Positions 28,078 through 37,072 of a stretch of DNA of 64,000 nt are shown here, piece after piece. Source of the DNA: Candidatus Moraniibacteriota bacterium (GTDB taxonomy: Bacteria > Patescibacteriota > Minisyncoccia > Moranbacterales > UBA1568); contig CP064975.1 of assembly GCA_016699425.1 (NCBI GenBank), positions 451,212 through 515,211 on the forward strand, written 5' to 3'. The notes beneath the pieces were generated by a model. It searched no databases. It was not told the origin of the DNA and saw nothing but the letters and a program-made list of their open reading frames with translations. Position numbers and translations under genes: made by a program. Numbering within the stretch: position 1 is the first letter of the stretch; each line of letters begins with the position of its first letter.

Positions 28078-28482
28078 TTAGAGTGAAGGAAGCCCCGTTT
28101 CGTCCGTGCAGGCCGGATACTCAGCCCGGGTTTTGACCGTGAGGTTTGCTCCAGCGGCGAGCGCCCGTTCACGCAGTGCATTCAGCGCATAGAGCCGTTC
28201 GGCTGGGACGAGCCGATAATCCTCATGGCCGATCGTGAGGCTGGATTGGGTCAACACTTTCAGACCGAAGCCCGCCGCGACGCTGACCATAAAGAGGGTC
28301 AACCAACCAAGGGTGGCGGTGATTTTCGGCAGCCCGGCGAGAGAGCCCCACAGCTTGGCAAAGATGGTTTGAAAATCATGAAAAACCTCGACCAAGGTAG
28401 GCCGCCAAAGAGAGGCGGTTTCCTGCACACGACTGAGAAATTGGGTGAGCGAGGGTCGATTCATAGCAGCCCACACTAGCAC
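28078..28482 (-). CDS. hypothetical membrane protein
   Basis: 134-aa ORF with one or two predicted TM helices. No motif. Confidence 0.35.
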   Translation of the reverse strand: MLVWAAMNRPSLTQFLSRVQETASLWRPTLVEVFHDFQTIFAKLWGSLAGLPKITATLGWLTLFMVSVAAGFGLKVLTQSSLTIGHEDYRLVPAERLYALNALRERALAAGANLTVKTRAEYPACTDETGLPSL

Positions 28483-28512
28483 ACCCCTCCTGACGGTGAC
28501 AAGTATCTGATC

Positions 28513-29283
28513 TCAGTGGGTGCCGGTCACGACGGCTGGCACGGTGACTGCCGCGGGCGCTCGGAAGGTACGGAATTCTCCATCCGTGTCGCCTTGCCAA
28601 TCGCTCACCCAGCCCTCGCAGTTTGCAGAATGGACACATTGCCCATCCCAGCCATTGTAATCACTCGTTGTATCGCGCCAGTAGTCAACACCAAACTGGA
28701 GCCTGGCGGTCTCGGTGATATTGGCCTCGATTTCCAACACATACGTCATCGTGGGATCTATCGGGAGGCGTGGCTTGGTCCAGGCATGATAGATTCGAAG
28801 CGGTACTTGGCCGAGGTCGAGCGAGAGCCGATCTTCCAGAGGTGATGCGATATTTCGTTCGTCGCGCCCCTTGGTCTCCCCGAACCACTTCGGGACACGA
28901 GGAAAGAGCCGTCCGACAAATGAATGGGGGTCGCGTGGATCAATCTCAGTCAAGATGGTTTCTCGACCAGTGCCGTCTATGGCAATGATGCGGAATACCC
29001 GAATTTCGATCCGGGGTGTGGCAGCGGTCTCATCCGCGCACGGGACGGCAGAGGCTGCATTGACCCAGCCGACCAGGGTGGTGTAGCCGTCCGGAACATG
29101 GTCCCAATGTACGGTCTCTCGCTCCCAGATGGCCCCATGGGGCGTTTCCCCGGGCCAATGGACCGTTTGTTGGCATTTGATCGATAGCGGCATGAAATAC
29201 ACGAGGCGAAGCGTGCTGAGAACGATGAACACGATGATAATGAGTCCAACCCCGGCCGCGGTCTGCTTGAAAATAGCGCGCAT
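28513..29283 (-). CDS. hypothetical membrane-anchored protein
   Basis: N-terminal TM helix. Trp-rich C-terminal domain. Confidence 0.4.
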   Translation of the reverse strand: MRAIFKQTAAGVGLIIIVFIVLSTLRLVYFMPLSIKCQQTVHWPGETPHGAIWERETVHWDHVPDGYTTLVGWVNAASAVPCADETAATPRIEIRVFRIIAIDGTGRETILTEIDPRDPHSFVGRLFPRVPKWFGETKGRDERNIASPLEDRLSLDLGQVPLRIYHAWTKPRLPIDPTMTYVLEIEANITETARLQFGVDYWRDTTSDYNGWDGQCVHSANCEGWVSDWQGDTDGEFRTFRAPAAVTVPAVVTGTH

Positions 29284-29406
29284 GTGGCTTATTTCAGGGA
29301 TTTTGATACATTTCGATTGACAAATATAACATATTCATATAGAATGTTCAAATGGTTTTCTCGTTGTTTTAACAATTTACCAAGACAAGAAAGGTAGGGA
29401 AATAAA

Positions 29407-29946
29407 ATGGCGATTGCCTCTCTCAAGCCGGATCTCAAGACGCATGTGGTAAGAATGGTGTCAAAAGGAGTCTGGTCAGGCACCGCTGTACTCGAACTAA
29501 AACTCCAGGCACTGAAGGAAACATTGAGGGATAACTCCCCGCCTTTGGAAGAGGAGTGGACGTACTACAATTTCATCCAGAATGGAGGAATCATCTTTCT
29601 CGTAACAGACGGTCGACTGCTCGTCGGGGCGGCAACAGTCGGACGTTGCTCCAGTCTCTGGAGTGAGAGCTTCATGGTAGAGGATTTTTGTGTCGCCCCA
29701 CGGATCTCGGTCTTGACAGACCAGGTCTACGGGGCGATGCTGAAAGGCATCGTTTGTTTTGCCCGCTTGATGGCGGCGGGAGGAGAAGAGATGAAACCTA
29801 TTCTGATTCATCTCAGTGCCGGAGATTCTAAACGCCGGCTTCTCAAGAGACTGTTCATGGAGTATGGGTTCCAGGAGGAATCTGATGCGCCCGGGATGTG
29901 GATCGCCCGTGTCAGCCAGAAAGGCCAGGATCAGTTGGCTGCCTAA
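29407..29946 (+). CDS. hypothetical protein (weakly GNAT acetyltransferase-like)
   Basis: 179 aa. An AT-rich promoter region lies upstream. The GNAT assignment is tentative. Confidence 0.35.
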   Translation: MAIASLKPDLKTHVVRMVSKGVWSGTAVLELKLQALKETLRDNSPPLEEEWTYYNFIQNGGIIFLVTDGRLLVGAATVGRCSSLWSESFMVEDFCVAPRISVLTDQVYGAMLKGIVCFARLMAAGGEEMKPILIHLSAGDSKRRLLKRLFMEYGFQEESDAPGMWIARVSQKGQDQLAA

Positions 29947-30109
29947 CGTCATCGGGCAGCATTGCCGAAAGCGCTTCACGGGTATCACTCCGCGGGGCGC
30001 TGTTTTCTTTTCTCGATTCTTCACCGTATCCCCATTACACCCACCTTGACGCACGCTTTGCCGCATGCGATACATGAGTCATGTCCTTTTGAAGTGAGGT
30101 AGTATCACA

Positions 30110-30391
30110 ATGGCTCATGCACCAAAGTTGTTGTATGAATTTCCAGCTGATAGTAAAACCGTCTATCTGCAAATGAATGGGGAACGATATCAGATCCTTC
30201 GTTTTCTCCGAACGGACAAGGCTGGGGTGAAGAAGAGATTTGCTGGTGGAGAGATTTACTCGGGTGATATCGCCATCATCGAAAAGAGTGGCAAGCCAGT
30301 GGAAGTTACACTGAAAATCACGTCTATCATCACCGAGCTCCCAGTCGACCCGCCACCGCCAAAAAAGTCGCAACTCCGCCGTCGCGCCTGA
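30110..30391 (+). CDS. hypothetical small protein
   Basis: 93-aa ORF. Confidence 0.3.
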   Translation: MAHAPKLLYEFPADSKTVYLQMNGERYQILRFLRTDKAGVKKRFAGGEIYSGDIAIIEKSGKPVEVTLKITSIITELPVDPPPPKKSQLRRRA

Positions 30392-30409
30392 TAGTCGAAA
30401 CTCCGACCG

Positions 30410-30991
30410 TCAGGCGCTCTTGTTTTCGAAAATTGCGCTGAGGAGCTCGCTGCGCCCCTCCCCGGTCTTGGCCGAGTGCCGGATGACGCGAGCTGGAGCA
30501 AACTCGGTTTCGAATGAGCGGATATTTTTGTCTACATCCGTCCGCCGTCCCTTGTCGCACTTGTTGGCGAGGATGATGACCGGACGTCCATATTCCATCA
30601 GCAGCCGGAAGATGTCGCGGTCCGAGTCCTTGGCCCCGATTTCGGCATCGACGATCAACACGGCCGCCCGGATATCGATCGACATATCGGCTGCAAACCA
30701 AGAGATATAGCCAGCCATTTTCTTGCGGAGTGGTCCAGGGACATTGGCATAGCCATACCCCGGTAAGTCCGCCAGGTACCAGCTGTCATTTATGAGGAAA
30801 TAATTGATCTCGGTCGTCCGCCCAGCGCGTTTGTTGGCATGGGCCAAGTCTTTTTGTCCGGTGAGTGTGTTGATGACGCTCGACTTGCCGACATTGGAAC
30901 GGCCGAAAAACGCGACCGTCGGCCGCGACGGCTCCGGCAATCCCTCGGAGCCGATGACTCCTTTGATGAATGTGGCGGAACGGATTTCCAT
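30410..30991 (-). CDS. engB: ribosome biogenesis GTP-binding protein YsxC/EngB
   Basis: Start at the internal Met (MEIRSATF); the listed ORF start at 31111 overlaps nothing meaningful. G1 GRSNVGKSS. G3 DLPGYG. G4 NKCD. Confidence 0.8.
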   Translation of the reverse strand: MEIRSATFIKGVIGSEGLPEPSRPTVAFFGRSNVGKSSVINTLTGQKDLAHANKRAGRTTEINYFLINDSWYLADLPGYGYANVPGPLRKKMAGYISWFAADMSIDIRAAVLIVDAEIGAKDSDRDIFRLLMEYGRPVIILANKCDKGRRTDVDKNIRSFETEFAPARVIRHSAKTGEGRSELLSAIFENKSA

Positions 30992-31120
30992 AAGCACTTC
31001 ATCCTGGCAGAATTTCTCCGGAGCTGCAAGTGGGAATGTGTGAGAATTAGGCAGAAAAAAGCCCCGGAGACTGTGAGGCCAGGGGGCAGCAGGACGTGGT
31101 GGAAACTGCAATAATTCCTA

Positions 31121-31444
31121 CTATGCGATCGTGAGGTCATAGCCATGTTCGAGACACCATCCACGAATAGCCGTGTTGATGTCGGCTTGATGCCTCGCGT
31201 TCATTATGAACATGAATCGCCGTGCGGGAGGCGCATGGACGTTGATGTGGATGTGTCCATTTTCCGTTAATCCTTTCACGCAGATCTCTCGCTTGGTACC
31301 ACATTGGCAGTCGTATTTCCGTCCATCGATACGGACATCAAGTCCTGGGAATTCAGACTTGAGCTGCGCTGCCAGGTTAACGACGAGCGATGCAGCGGTC
31401 GGAATTGGGCGTCGCTGGGTGGCAGACGCGGGCATACTGGACAT
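31121..31444 (-). CDS. hypothetical protein
   Basis: About 108 aa from MSSMPASATQ. Contains a Cys/His-containing segment (CQCG...HIHINVH). Confidence 0.3.
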   Translation of the reverse strand: MSSMPASATQRRPIPTAASLVVNLAAQLKSEFPGLDVRIDGRKYDCQCGTKREICVKGLTENGHIHINVHAPPARRFMFIMNARHQADINTAIRGWCLEHGYDLTIA

Positions 31445-31536
31445 GGGAATCCTCCTTTCGGTGTGATGAGTTGTCAAAGTTCAATGGCGTATCCTAGCAC
31501 CATAGGTGACAATGTCAACCGCTAGGCGAGCAGGTG

Positions 31537-32532
31537 CTAGTGAGGATTGGCTGCAGGCAGGGTGTCGAGGAGTTTGAACGCCTGCTCTGGCAGTTTGAGC
31601 GGACTCTGATGGAAGGCACCGTGTCCACCGTTCGGGTCCTCGAGGAGCTTCAAGACATTGGCGCCCATGCCCGTCAGATAGGTCTTTGTCTCGGTCATGC
31701 CTTCGCAACCATCGCGCGTCGGATTGTCGTCCTTCGCTCCACAGGCAAGTATCCACGGCACGCCTTGGTAGAGCCGACCACCCGAGTAGGTCGATTGATC
31801 CGGGGTGAGTGGGAAATCCTTTTGGTATTTGCCCGAGGCTGAGATCACGGCATCGATGACCGGGTGGCCACTGACGACATCATACGCCTTCACAGCATAC
31901 GTGTTGGCACTTCCGCGAGAGAAGCCTTCGAGCACGACGAAATCATCTGCGGCATAACCGTAGGTATCGAGAAAGGCACGGATCGCGGCGAGGACTTCAT
32001 CCGGACGCAAGTAATCTGTCGTTTTCTCGCCCTCCCCGTCCCACCAACCGACGCTCGCCAGTGCATAGTCGCCGCTTATGATATGCGATTGCCAGGCGGC
32101 ATAGTCTTGCTTTGCCGTAGAGCCATGACCAGGAAGAGAAAAGATGATTTTGCGCGGCTGCTTCGAGTTTTGACCCTTCGGCTGACCGACGAGAAACGAG
32201 TGCTGACCATCGCTCGCCATGACGGAAACCGGATTCGCGAGTGTCGACACGCTGTCATCGAGTGACTTGGTCATGACAGCGGCCGAGGCCGTCGTTTCAT
32301 CCGTCGTCACGGCTACCGGCCGACTCCCCGCTGTGGTCGAAGGCTGGGGGCGTTCGGATCCCTTCACCAGAGACTGGTCAGTGAGCGGCCCGCGTTCCGG
32401 CGGACGAGTCGGCGGTTGTACAGCACTTGCTGAGCGATCAATTGTACCCGGGACGACAAATGTCACGATGACGATCGCTCCGAGGATTACGGCCACGAGC
32501 ACGGCGGCACCGATCAAGATATTTTGTTTCAT
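31537..32532 (-). CDS. alpha/beta-hydrolase fold protein (esterase-like), membrane-anchored or secreted
   Basis: N-terminal TM helix and a Pro/Thr-rich linker. Nucleophile elbow GFSRG. Confidence 0.5.
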   Translation of the reverse strand: MKQNILIGAAVLVAVILGAIVIVTFVVPGTIDRSASAVQPPTRPPERGPLTDQSLVKGSERPQPSTTAGSRPVAVTTDETTASAAVMTKSLDDSVSTLANPVSVMASDGQHSFLVGQPKGQNSKQPRKIIFSLPGHGSTAKQDYAAWQSHIISGDYALASVGWWDGEGEKTTDYLRPDEVLAAIRAFLDTYGYAADDFVVLEGFSRGSANTYAVKAYDVVSGHPVIDAVISASGKYQKDFPLTPDQSTYSGGRLYQGVPWILACGAKDDNPTRDGCEGMTETKTYLTGMGANVLKLLEDPNGGHGAFHQSPLKLPEQAFKLLDTLPAANPH

Positions 32533-32649
32533 ATTTCTAGTATATACATAACTCATCACTGATCCAAGGCTTCGACATAAAAAAAACGCCCCGGACGGAT
32601 TGCGTCGCAGGGCAGCTAAGTGGGAAAGCTCTAGTGGCGGACCGTACAG

Positions 32650-32928
32650 TCAAGACGATGTGTCCTCTGCGGTGGGGAAGATGAGCCGGATAGCGGTGAT
32701 AGCACATATCACATCTTTCAGCACTAACATCCTCAATCCTCTCGGTTTCCGCACAGCATCAACGGGGATGACTGCCTTGACTGGTTGACTTCCCACGAAG
32801 AGGATTGACTGTCCTTCGCCGATCGCGATTCCGATCTTGCCGGTCCCCATCACTTCACCGAGTTTCCGCTCCTCCCCAGCTCCGTACAAGAACAATTCAC
32901 CTGGTTGAAACACCTTCATCTTCATCAT
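32650..32928 (-). CDS. hypothetical small protein
   Basis: About 92 aa from ATG 32928, preceded by GGAGAAGG. The listed ORF start at 33045 is unlikely. Confidence 0.35.
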   Translation of the reverse strand: MMKMKVFQPGELFLYGAGEERKLGEVMGTGKIGIAIGEGQSILFVGSQPVKAVIPVDAVRKPRGLRMLVLKDVICAITAIRLIFPTAEDTSS

Positions 32929-33080
32929 CCTTCTCCTGTGGTGTGGTTTTACACGGGATTGAGTATACATGAAATCGCGATTTTGTCGATATGGATGCAG
33001 CAAAAACGCGGTGTGCCGGTCCTGACGGTATTGACCGATGCACATCTCTCGTATCCCAACAGCGGCACGGCTGGAAATCT

Positions 33081-33854
33081 CTAAATTGGATCCACTTTTT
33101 TGTAGTTCATCGGGAAACGCTTGAGGGATTCAATATCACCAATCTCCGTGTAGTGAAGTTCCGCTTCAGCCTTGTCTTGTTTCCCTGGAGTATTCATCAC
33201 TATCGACGAGAAAAGTCCAGTCGTAGGGTCAATATATACTTCGATATCCACCGTGACATTGTCCGGCACATACGCATACGAAAGCAATTTTCGACCACTG
33301 GTCCTGTAGCCGATAGTCTGACGGCCATTCCCAGTACTCTCGGGTATCAGTATCCACGGCGGAGCGATGGGGGTTTCCCCCTGAAGAATGGGGTCAATCA
33401 TCGACCCAACTTTGTAGATAGCGAGTAGACGCTGCGCCTGCGGAGCACTCATCTCTAGCTCAGCGAACGTTTTATCTTTGTTATTCAAAGAATAGAGCTT
33501 CCCATCCTTGATAATCGCACTGGTATCACCGTAGGTATTATGCGTGTCTACTCTAATGAGGACTCCCTTTTGGTAGTAAAACGTGAATGTCGAATTCCCT
33601 TTCCCACTCTGGTCCATGGCTACCTGGTAATCCTTGACAGAAAAGTGTTTGAAGAAATACTCTACCGGATTACTGATTTCAGCCGATAGAGCTGGTTTCT
33701 TTGCTGTGTCATCCGTGACGGGGAGCTCACGTTGGTAGAAGAAAAAATAGTAACCCGTAGCCGTCGAACCCAAGGCAAGTATCACGAACGCGATTGTCAC
33801 AAACAAACCATTCTTCCGCCCAGCTGCTAGCGGCATGGGGGTGTTATTCTCCAT
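33081..33854 (-). CDS. hypothetical membrane-anchored protein
   Basis: N-terminal TM helix. No motif. Confidence 0.4.
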   Translation of the reverse strand: MENNTPMPLAAGRKNGLFVTIAFVILALGSTATGYYFFFYQRELPVTDDTAKKPALSAEISNPVEYFFKHFSVKDYQVAMDQSGKGNSTFTFYYQKGVLIRVDTHNTYGDTSAIIKDGKLYSLNNKDKTFAELEMSAPQAQRLLAIYKVGSMIDPILQGETPIAPPWILIPESTGNGRQTIGYRTSGRKLLSYAYVPDNVTVDIEVYIDPTTGLFSSIVMNTPGKQDKAEAELHYTEIGDIESLKRFPMNYKKVDPI

Positions 33855-33978
33855 AAGTTTTTATATTTGTTGGTGTTATATTCCTATCGTATTCTACACC
33901 TCGCGTCGTCACTGCGCATCGAAGTCGATGGGAACAGTGTTCGGAGAGCATTGACGCTTTGCATCACGCAAGAACCGT

Positions 33979-34488
33979 CTATTGTCCCAGGGAAAGATCG
34001 GCAGAATTGAAGAGCACTGAGAAGTCTTCGCACCAGGTGAGCGCATAGCGATAGCGGGCTATATCGACACCGGCCGGCACGGGGTAATTGATGTTGCCTT
34101 CGGTCCCCCTGATGGGCCCGAGATCAATGTAGTCTGCTGCTTGGAGATCATTGGCTAGATAGATTCGGACATCGGGGCCATTGATGGTTTTGTAGTCTTC
34201 GTAGCGGATGATCGTCTGATCACCATCTTTCACGATGCGTACAAAGCCAGAGGCAGGATGGGCAGGAGTGTCGACGATCGGAATGCGTTTGGAAGGAGGT
34301 GTGATGACATCGGTTTCTTGGCGCGGGTTTTTCGCGGCATCGCCTGTAACGACGAGAGCGTCTTCGGTGGTGACACCCTTTTCCGGTGCTGGATCATTCA
34401 CTACTTTGGTATCGAAAAGCGGTGAGAGGCCATACCAAGCAATTCCTATGAGGACGATGGATGCGGAGATAATAAGGAATGTCTTCAT
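33979..34488 (-). CDS. secreted hypothetical protein (DM13-like domain, tentative)
   Basis: Signal/TM helix at the N-terminus. C-terminal ...GDQTIIRYEDYKTINGPDVRIYL... resembles DM13-type domains. Confidence 0.4.
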   Translation of the reverse strand: MKTFLIISASIVLIGIAWYGLSPLFDTKVVNDPAPEKGVTTEDALVVTGDAAKNPRQETDVITPPSKRIPIVDTPAHPASGFVRIVKDGDQTIIRYEDYKTINGPDVRIYLANDLQAADYIDLGPIRGTEGNINYPVPAGVDIARYRYALTWCEDFSVLFNSADLSLGQ

Positions 34489-34559
34489 ATGCCTACAGTG
34501 TAGCACTGCCGGTCTTTTGATAAAAAGGCCTTTTTATCAAACATTCGCCTCCTTCATAT

Positions 34560-34574
34560 TCGCATGCGTGATGT
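34560..34574. promoter_or_regulatory. shared 15-bp motif ATTCGCATGCGTGAT (copy 1) upstream of gene 33979-34488
   Basis: Identical 15-mer at 35107-35121. Contains the 8-bp palindrome CGCATGCG. Confidence 0.4.
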
Positions 34575-34678
34575 AAATGATGATGAATTTCATAGAAGTA
34601 TTCGATAAAGAAAAAGTGGGTGGCGGAATCAACGACTCCACCACCCTGATCTTATAGGCGGTGCTAACCCCACCGACT

Positions 34679-35020
34679 CTACGATTGCCAATATGCCCTG
34701 ATACGGTAACTTGCAGGATAAGTGCGGCGTATCGTCACTTCCGGATAATCACGCAGATTGGCGATAGCTAGATCCACTCGTCGGCGGCTCGCAGGCAAGC
34801 CAAGATGCATGATGACCTTTGCGGTGCCAGTGGAGTACCAGTCCAGATGGGCACCAGTAATTTCGTGAATGATATTGACGAATGCCTCGACCTGTTGGGG
34901 CGTACCCCAGAAGTCGGCGACATTGTCTCCACATACCCCCATGAGCCAGCTCATCGGGCGGAGCTCTGGCTCTTGGTGAGAGTCTTGCAAAGGAACATCT
35001 CTACGTAACCACATAACCAT
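34679..35020 (-). CDS. hypothetical protein
   Basis: 113-aa ORF lying between the two copies of the ATTCGCATGCGTGAT motif. Confidence 0.35.
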   Translation of the reverse strand: MVMWLRRDVPLQDSHQEPELRPMSWLMGVCGDNVADFWGTPQQVEAFVNIIHEITGAHLDWYSTGTAKVIMHLGLPASRRRVDLAIANLRDYPEVTIRRTYPASYRIRAYWQS

Positions 35021-35106
35021 CTCCTTCTAAAGTTGGTGGTTCTAGTTAATAGCAAGCGTTACTCGTTGTCAATCATCCTGATTAACTCCCTCGAACCCCC
35101 TTCAGA

Positions 35107-35121
35107 TTCGCATGCGTGATA
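35107..35121. promoter_or_regulatory. shared 15-bp motif ATTCGCATGCGTGAT (copy 2) upstream of gene 34679-35020
   Basis: See copy 1. Confidence 0.4.
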
Positions 35122-35142
35122 CTGTTGAGTGGATTAGAATAA

Positions 35143-35904
35143 TCAATGGAGGGACCTCAAGTAACGAGCAAGTCCGTCTTCTTTCACAGATCCGATGATC
35201 TCATCGGAGACATTTTTTAATTCTGGTATCGCATTTCCCATAGCGACCCTATACCCGACAGCATTGAAGAGATGCATATCGTTGTGACCGTCCCCGATAC
35301 CGATAGCATCATCCTTACTCGATCCAAGAATACCCAATAGCTGCGCCACCGCTTGTTCCTTGGTCGCCTCGCTGTTTACGATATGCAAGTCTTTAAGACC
35401 TGGTTTCTGCGATACGACCATCACGCAGGTAATCCCTGCTATGCTGGAAAGTTTTCCGAAAAGCTCCGCGGCCAAGGTATCTGGAACAAATACCTGCTCG
35501 AGGAAATAGACTGGGTCAGGAGTTGAAAAATCTTTCGGAAACACCCCACCGTGGAAATAGTCCTCCTCCGTCCCGTCATTGAAGAGCAGTTTCCACTCAG
35601 GATATTCACAAAAAATTGAGACCACTTGGACGAGGGCTGATGGATCAATATTTTTCTGCCACAAAATGTTTCCGGTGACCGGATTACAAATCTGCGTTCC
35701 GGCAGAGATAATACAGGGATCCGTCAACCCGAGTGCTTGGAGCACTGGCTTTGCGAACGACCACACTCGACCCGTCGCCGAACTCAGAAAATATCTCTCC
35801 TGAGCAGCCCGTATCGCCTGTTTCAGCGATTCGGTCGGGAGTTTCTGAACGGGCGAATCAATGGCCGTACCATCAAGATCAAAAATTATGGCTTTTTTCT
35901 TCAT
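35143..35904 (-). CDS. HAD-superfamily hydrolase (Cof-type phosphatase)
   Basis: Motif I IIFDLDGT. Motif IV GDGHND. Confidence 0.7.
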   Translation of the reverse strand: MKKKAIIFDLDGTAIDSPVQKLPTESLKQAIRAAQERYFLSSATGRVWSFAKPVLQALGLTDPCIISAGTQICNPVTGNILWQKNIDPSALVQVVSIFCEYPEWKLLFNDGTEEDYFHGGVFPKDFSTPDPVYFLEQVFVPDTLAAELFGKLSSIAGITCVMVVSQKPGLKDLHIVNSEATKEQAVAQLLGILGSSKDDAIGIGDGHNDMHLFNAVGYRVAMGNAIPELKNVSDEIIGSVKEDGLARYLRSLH

Positions 35905-35998
35905 AATGTCTTCCACGGGCTTGTATCCTCCCTCTTTAAAGCCTTATCATTCGCCTTGATCTGAATCTGCTGTTGTGGCTGGGTCATAAAAATAATTT

Positions 35999-37036
35999 TT
36001 ATAGACTAAAGAATGACTCTACGCCATTGGTGCTAGCGCGCATAAAATCGGTGAATCCTTTTTTATATAGTTCTATTTTGATTCCCGGAAATTTTTCAGC
36101 AGTGAGATTAGCATTTGGAGATACAATCCCAAAAGGAATTTCGCTTTTCTGAAAATTTTTATTAATTAAATCAACCAGGTAATCATCTCCCGCCTTCCAT
36201 CCAATTATTAAAATTCCGTCAATTTTTTCAAAGGAATCGGTCAATAACTTTACATGTCGTTCTGGGCATACAAAATTTTTCTTATCAGTAATAGGAATTG
36301 CTAGTGAAGGCACGGAGTAACGATGTGTTGTTGTAGTCCCAATTTTAAGAATCTTACGATAATGTCCATCGATATATATCTCCTCATCTAATTCAGTGAT
36401 CTTTAAATCATTGTGAATCCGCTCTGCATGCCTATAAAGGTATTCGTCATTTTTTGGTGCGAGATGTGAATCACTTTCATCGACGATCTGGATCCAATTG
36501 TACGCTCCGTGAATCTTAATAACTTTCAAGTGTGCATCACTAATGTAATCATCAACCCTTTGAAAGCCATTGGAATTGTTATAAAAGCTGAGATTCTTCT
36601 CGAAAAGTAAGTCATAATTAAAATTTACTACAATGGCGTTGCCACCGCAGTAGTCACCCAATCGATCTATAAGTCCACGATAATTGTTGACAGGGCTAAA
36701 ATAGTTATTACTTATCTCCCTAAATAGATCCCTTAAGTACAGTCTTAGGGCAATAAGTTGCTGATATCTCTCCTTATTCCGTGGCGCATATTCGTTTTGA
36801 ATTTTAGTTAAAAATTTCTCAAAATCTCCAATTGCTTCGTCTGTCATGCTTGAAGCAATACCAGAAACTATATTATTTGTTGCGATAAACTGCTTAAATC
36901 TTTCATGAAAGAGATCCTTCGTAAGTGGTGGTTTCAATCTAAAATCAATGCCACCGGCTACACTCAAGGAATTAAACCTATCCTCAACATAGTCGAATGC
37001 GGCGCCTGCTCCCAAAATAATTAGTGGATATTTCAT
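35999..37036 (-). CDS. standalone SIR2-like (SIR2_2/DUF4917-type) protein; candidate NADase defence effector
   Basis: Motifs LIILGAGAAFD, VVNFNYDLLFE, IKIHGAYNW and ILIIGWKAGDD appear in the order and spacing of the SIR2_2 family. GC is clearly lower (~38%) than both flanks. Confidence 0.6.
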   Translation of the reverse strand: MKYPLIILGAGAAFDYVEDRFNSLSVAGGIDFRLKPPLTKDLFHERFKQFIATNNIVSGIASSMTDEAIGDFEKFLTKIQNEYAPRNKERYQQLIALRLYLRDLFREISNNYFSPVNNYRGLIDRLGDYCGGNAIVVNFNYDLLFEKNLSFYNNSNGFQRVDDYISDAHLKVIKIHGAYNWIQIVDESDSHLAPKNDEYLYRHAERIHNDLKITELDEEIYIDGHYRKILKIGTTTTHRYSVPSLAIPITDKKNFVCPERHVKLLTDSFEKIDGILIIGWKAGDDYLVDLINKNFQKSEIPFGIVSPNANLTAEKFPGIKIELYKKGFTDFMRASTNGVESFFSL

Positions 37037-37042
37037 AAATTA

Positions 37043-37069
37043 AGCGGGGCAAAATGCCCCGCTTTTTTA
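37043..37069. terminator. bidirectional rho-independent terminator
   Basis: AGCGGGGC-aaaat-GCCCCGCT followed by T6 on the plus strand. It sits between the membrane-protein gene stop (37073) and the SIR2-like start (37036). Confidence 0.6.
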
Positions 37070-37072
37070 CTC

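Noticed and set aside
32650-32928. Second GroES-like gene
   Set aside because: There is a superficial Gly-rich similarity (GTGKIGIAIGEGQ), but the GroES hairpin and roof motifs are absent. Kept as hypothetical.
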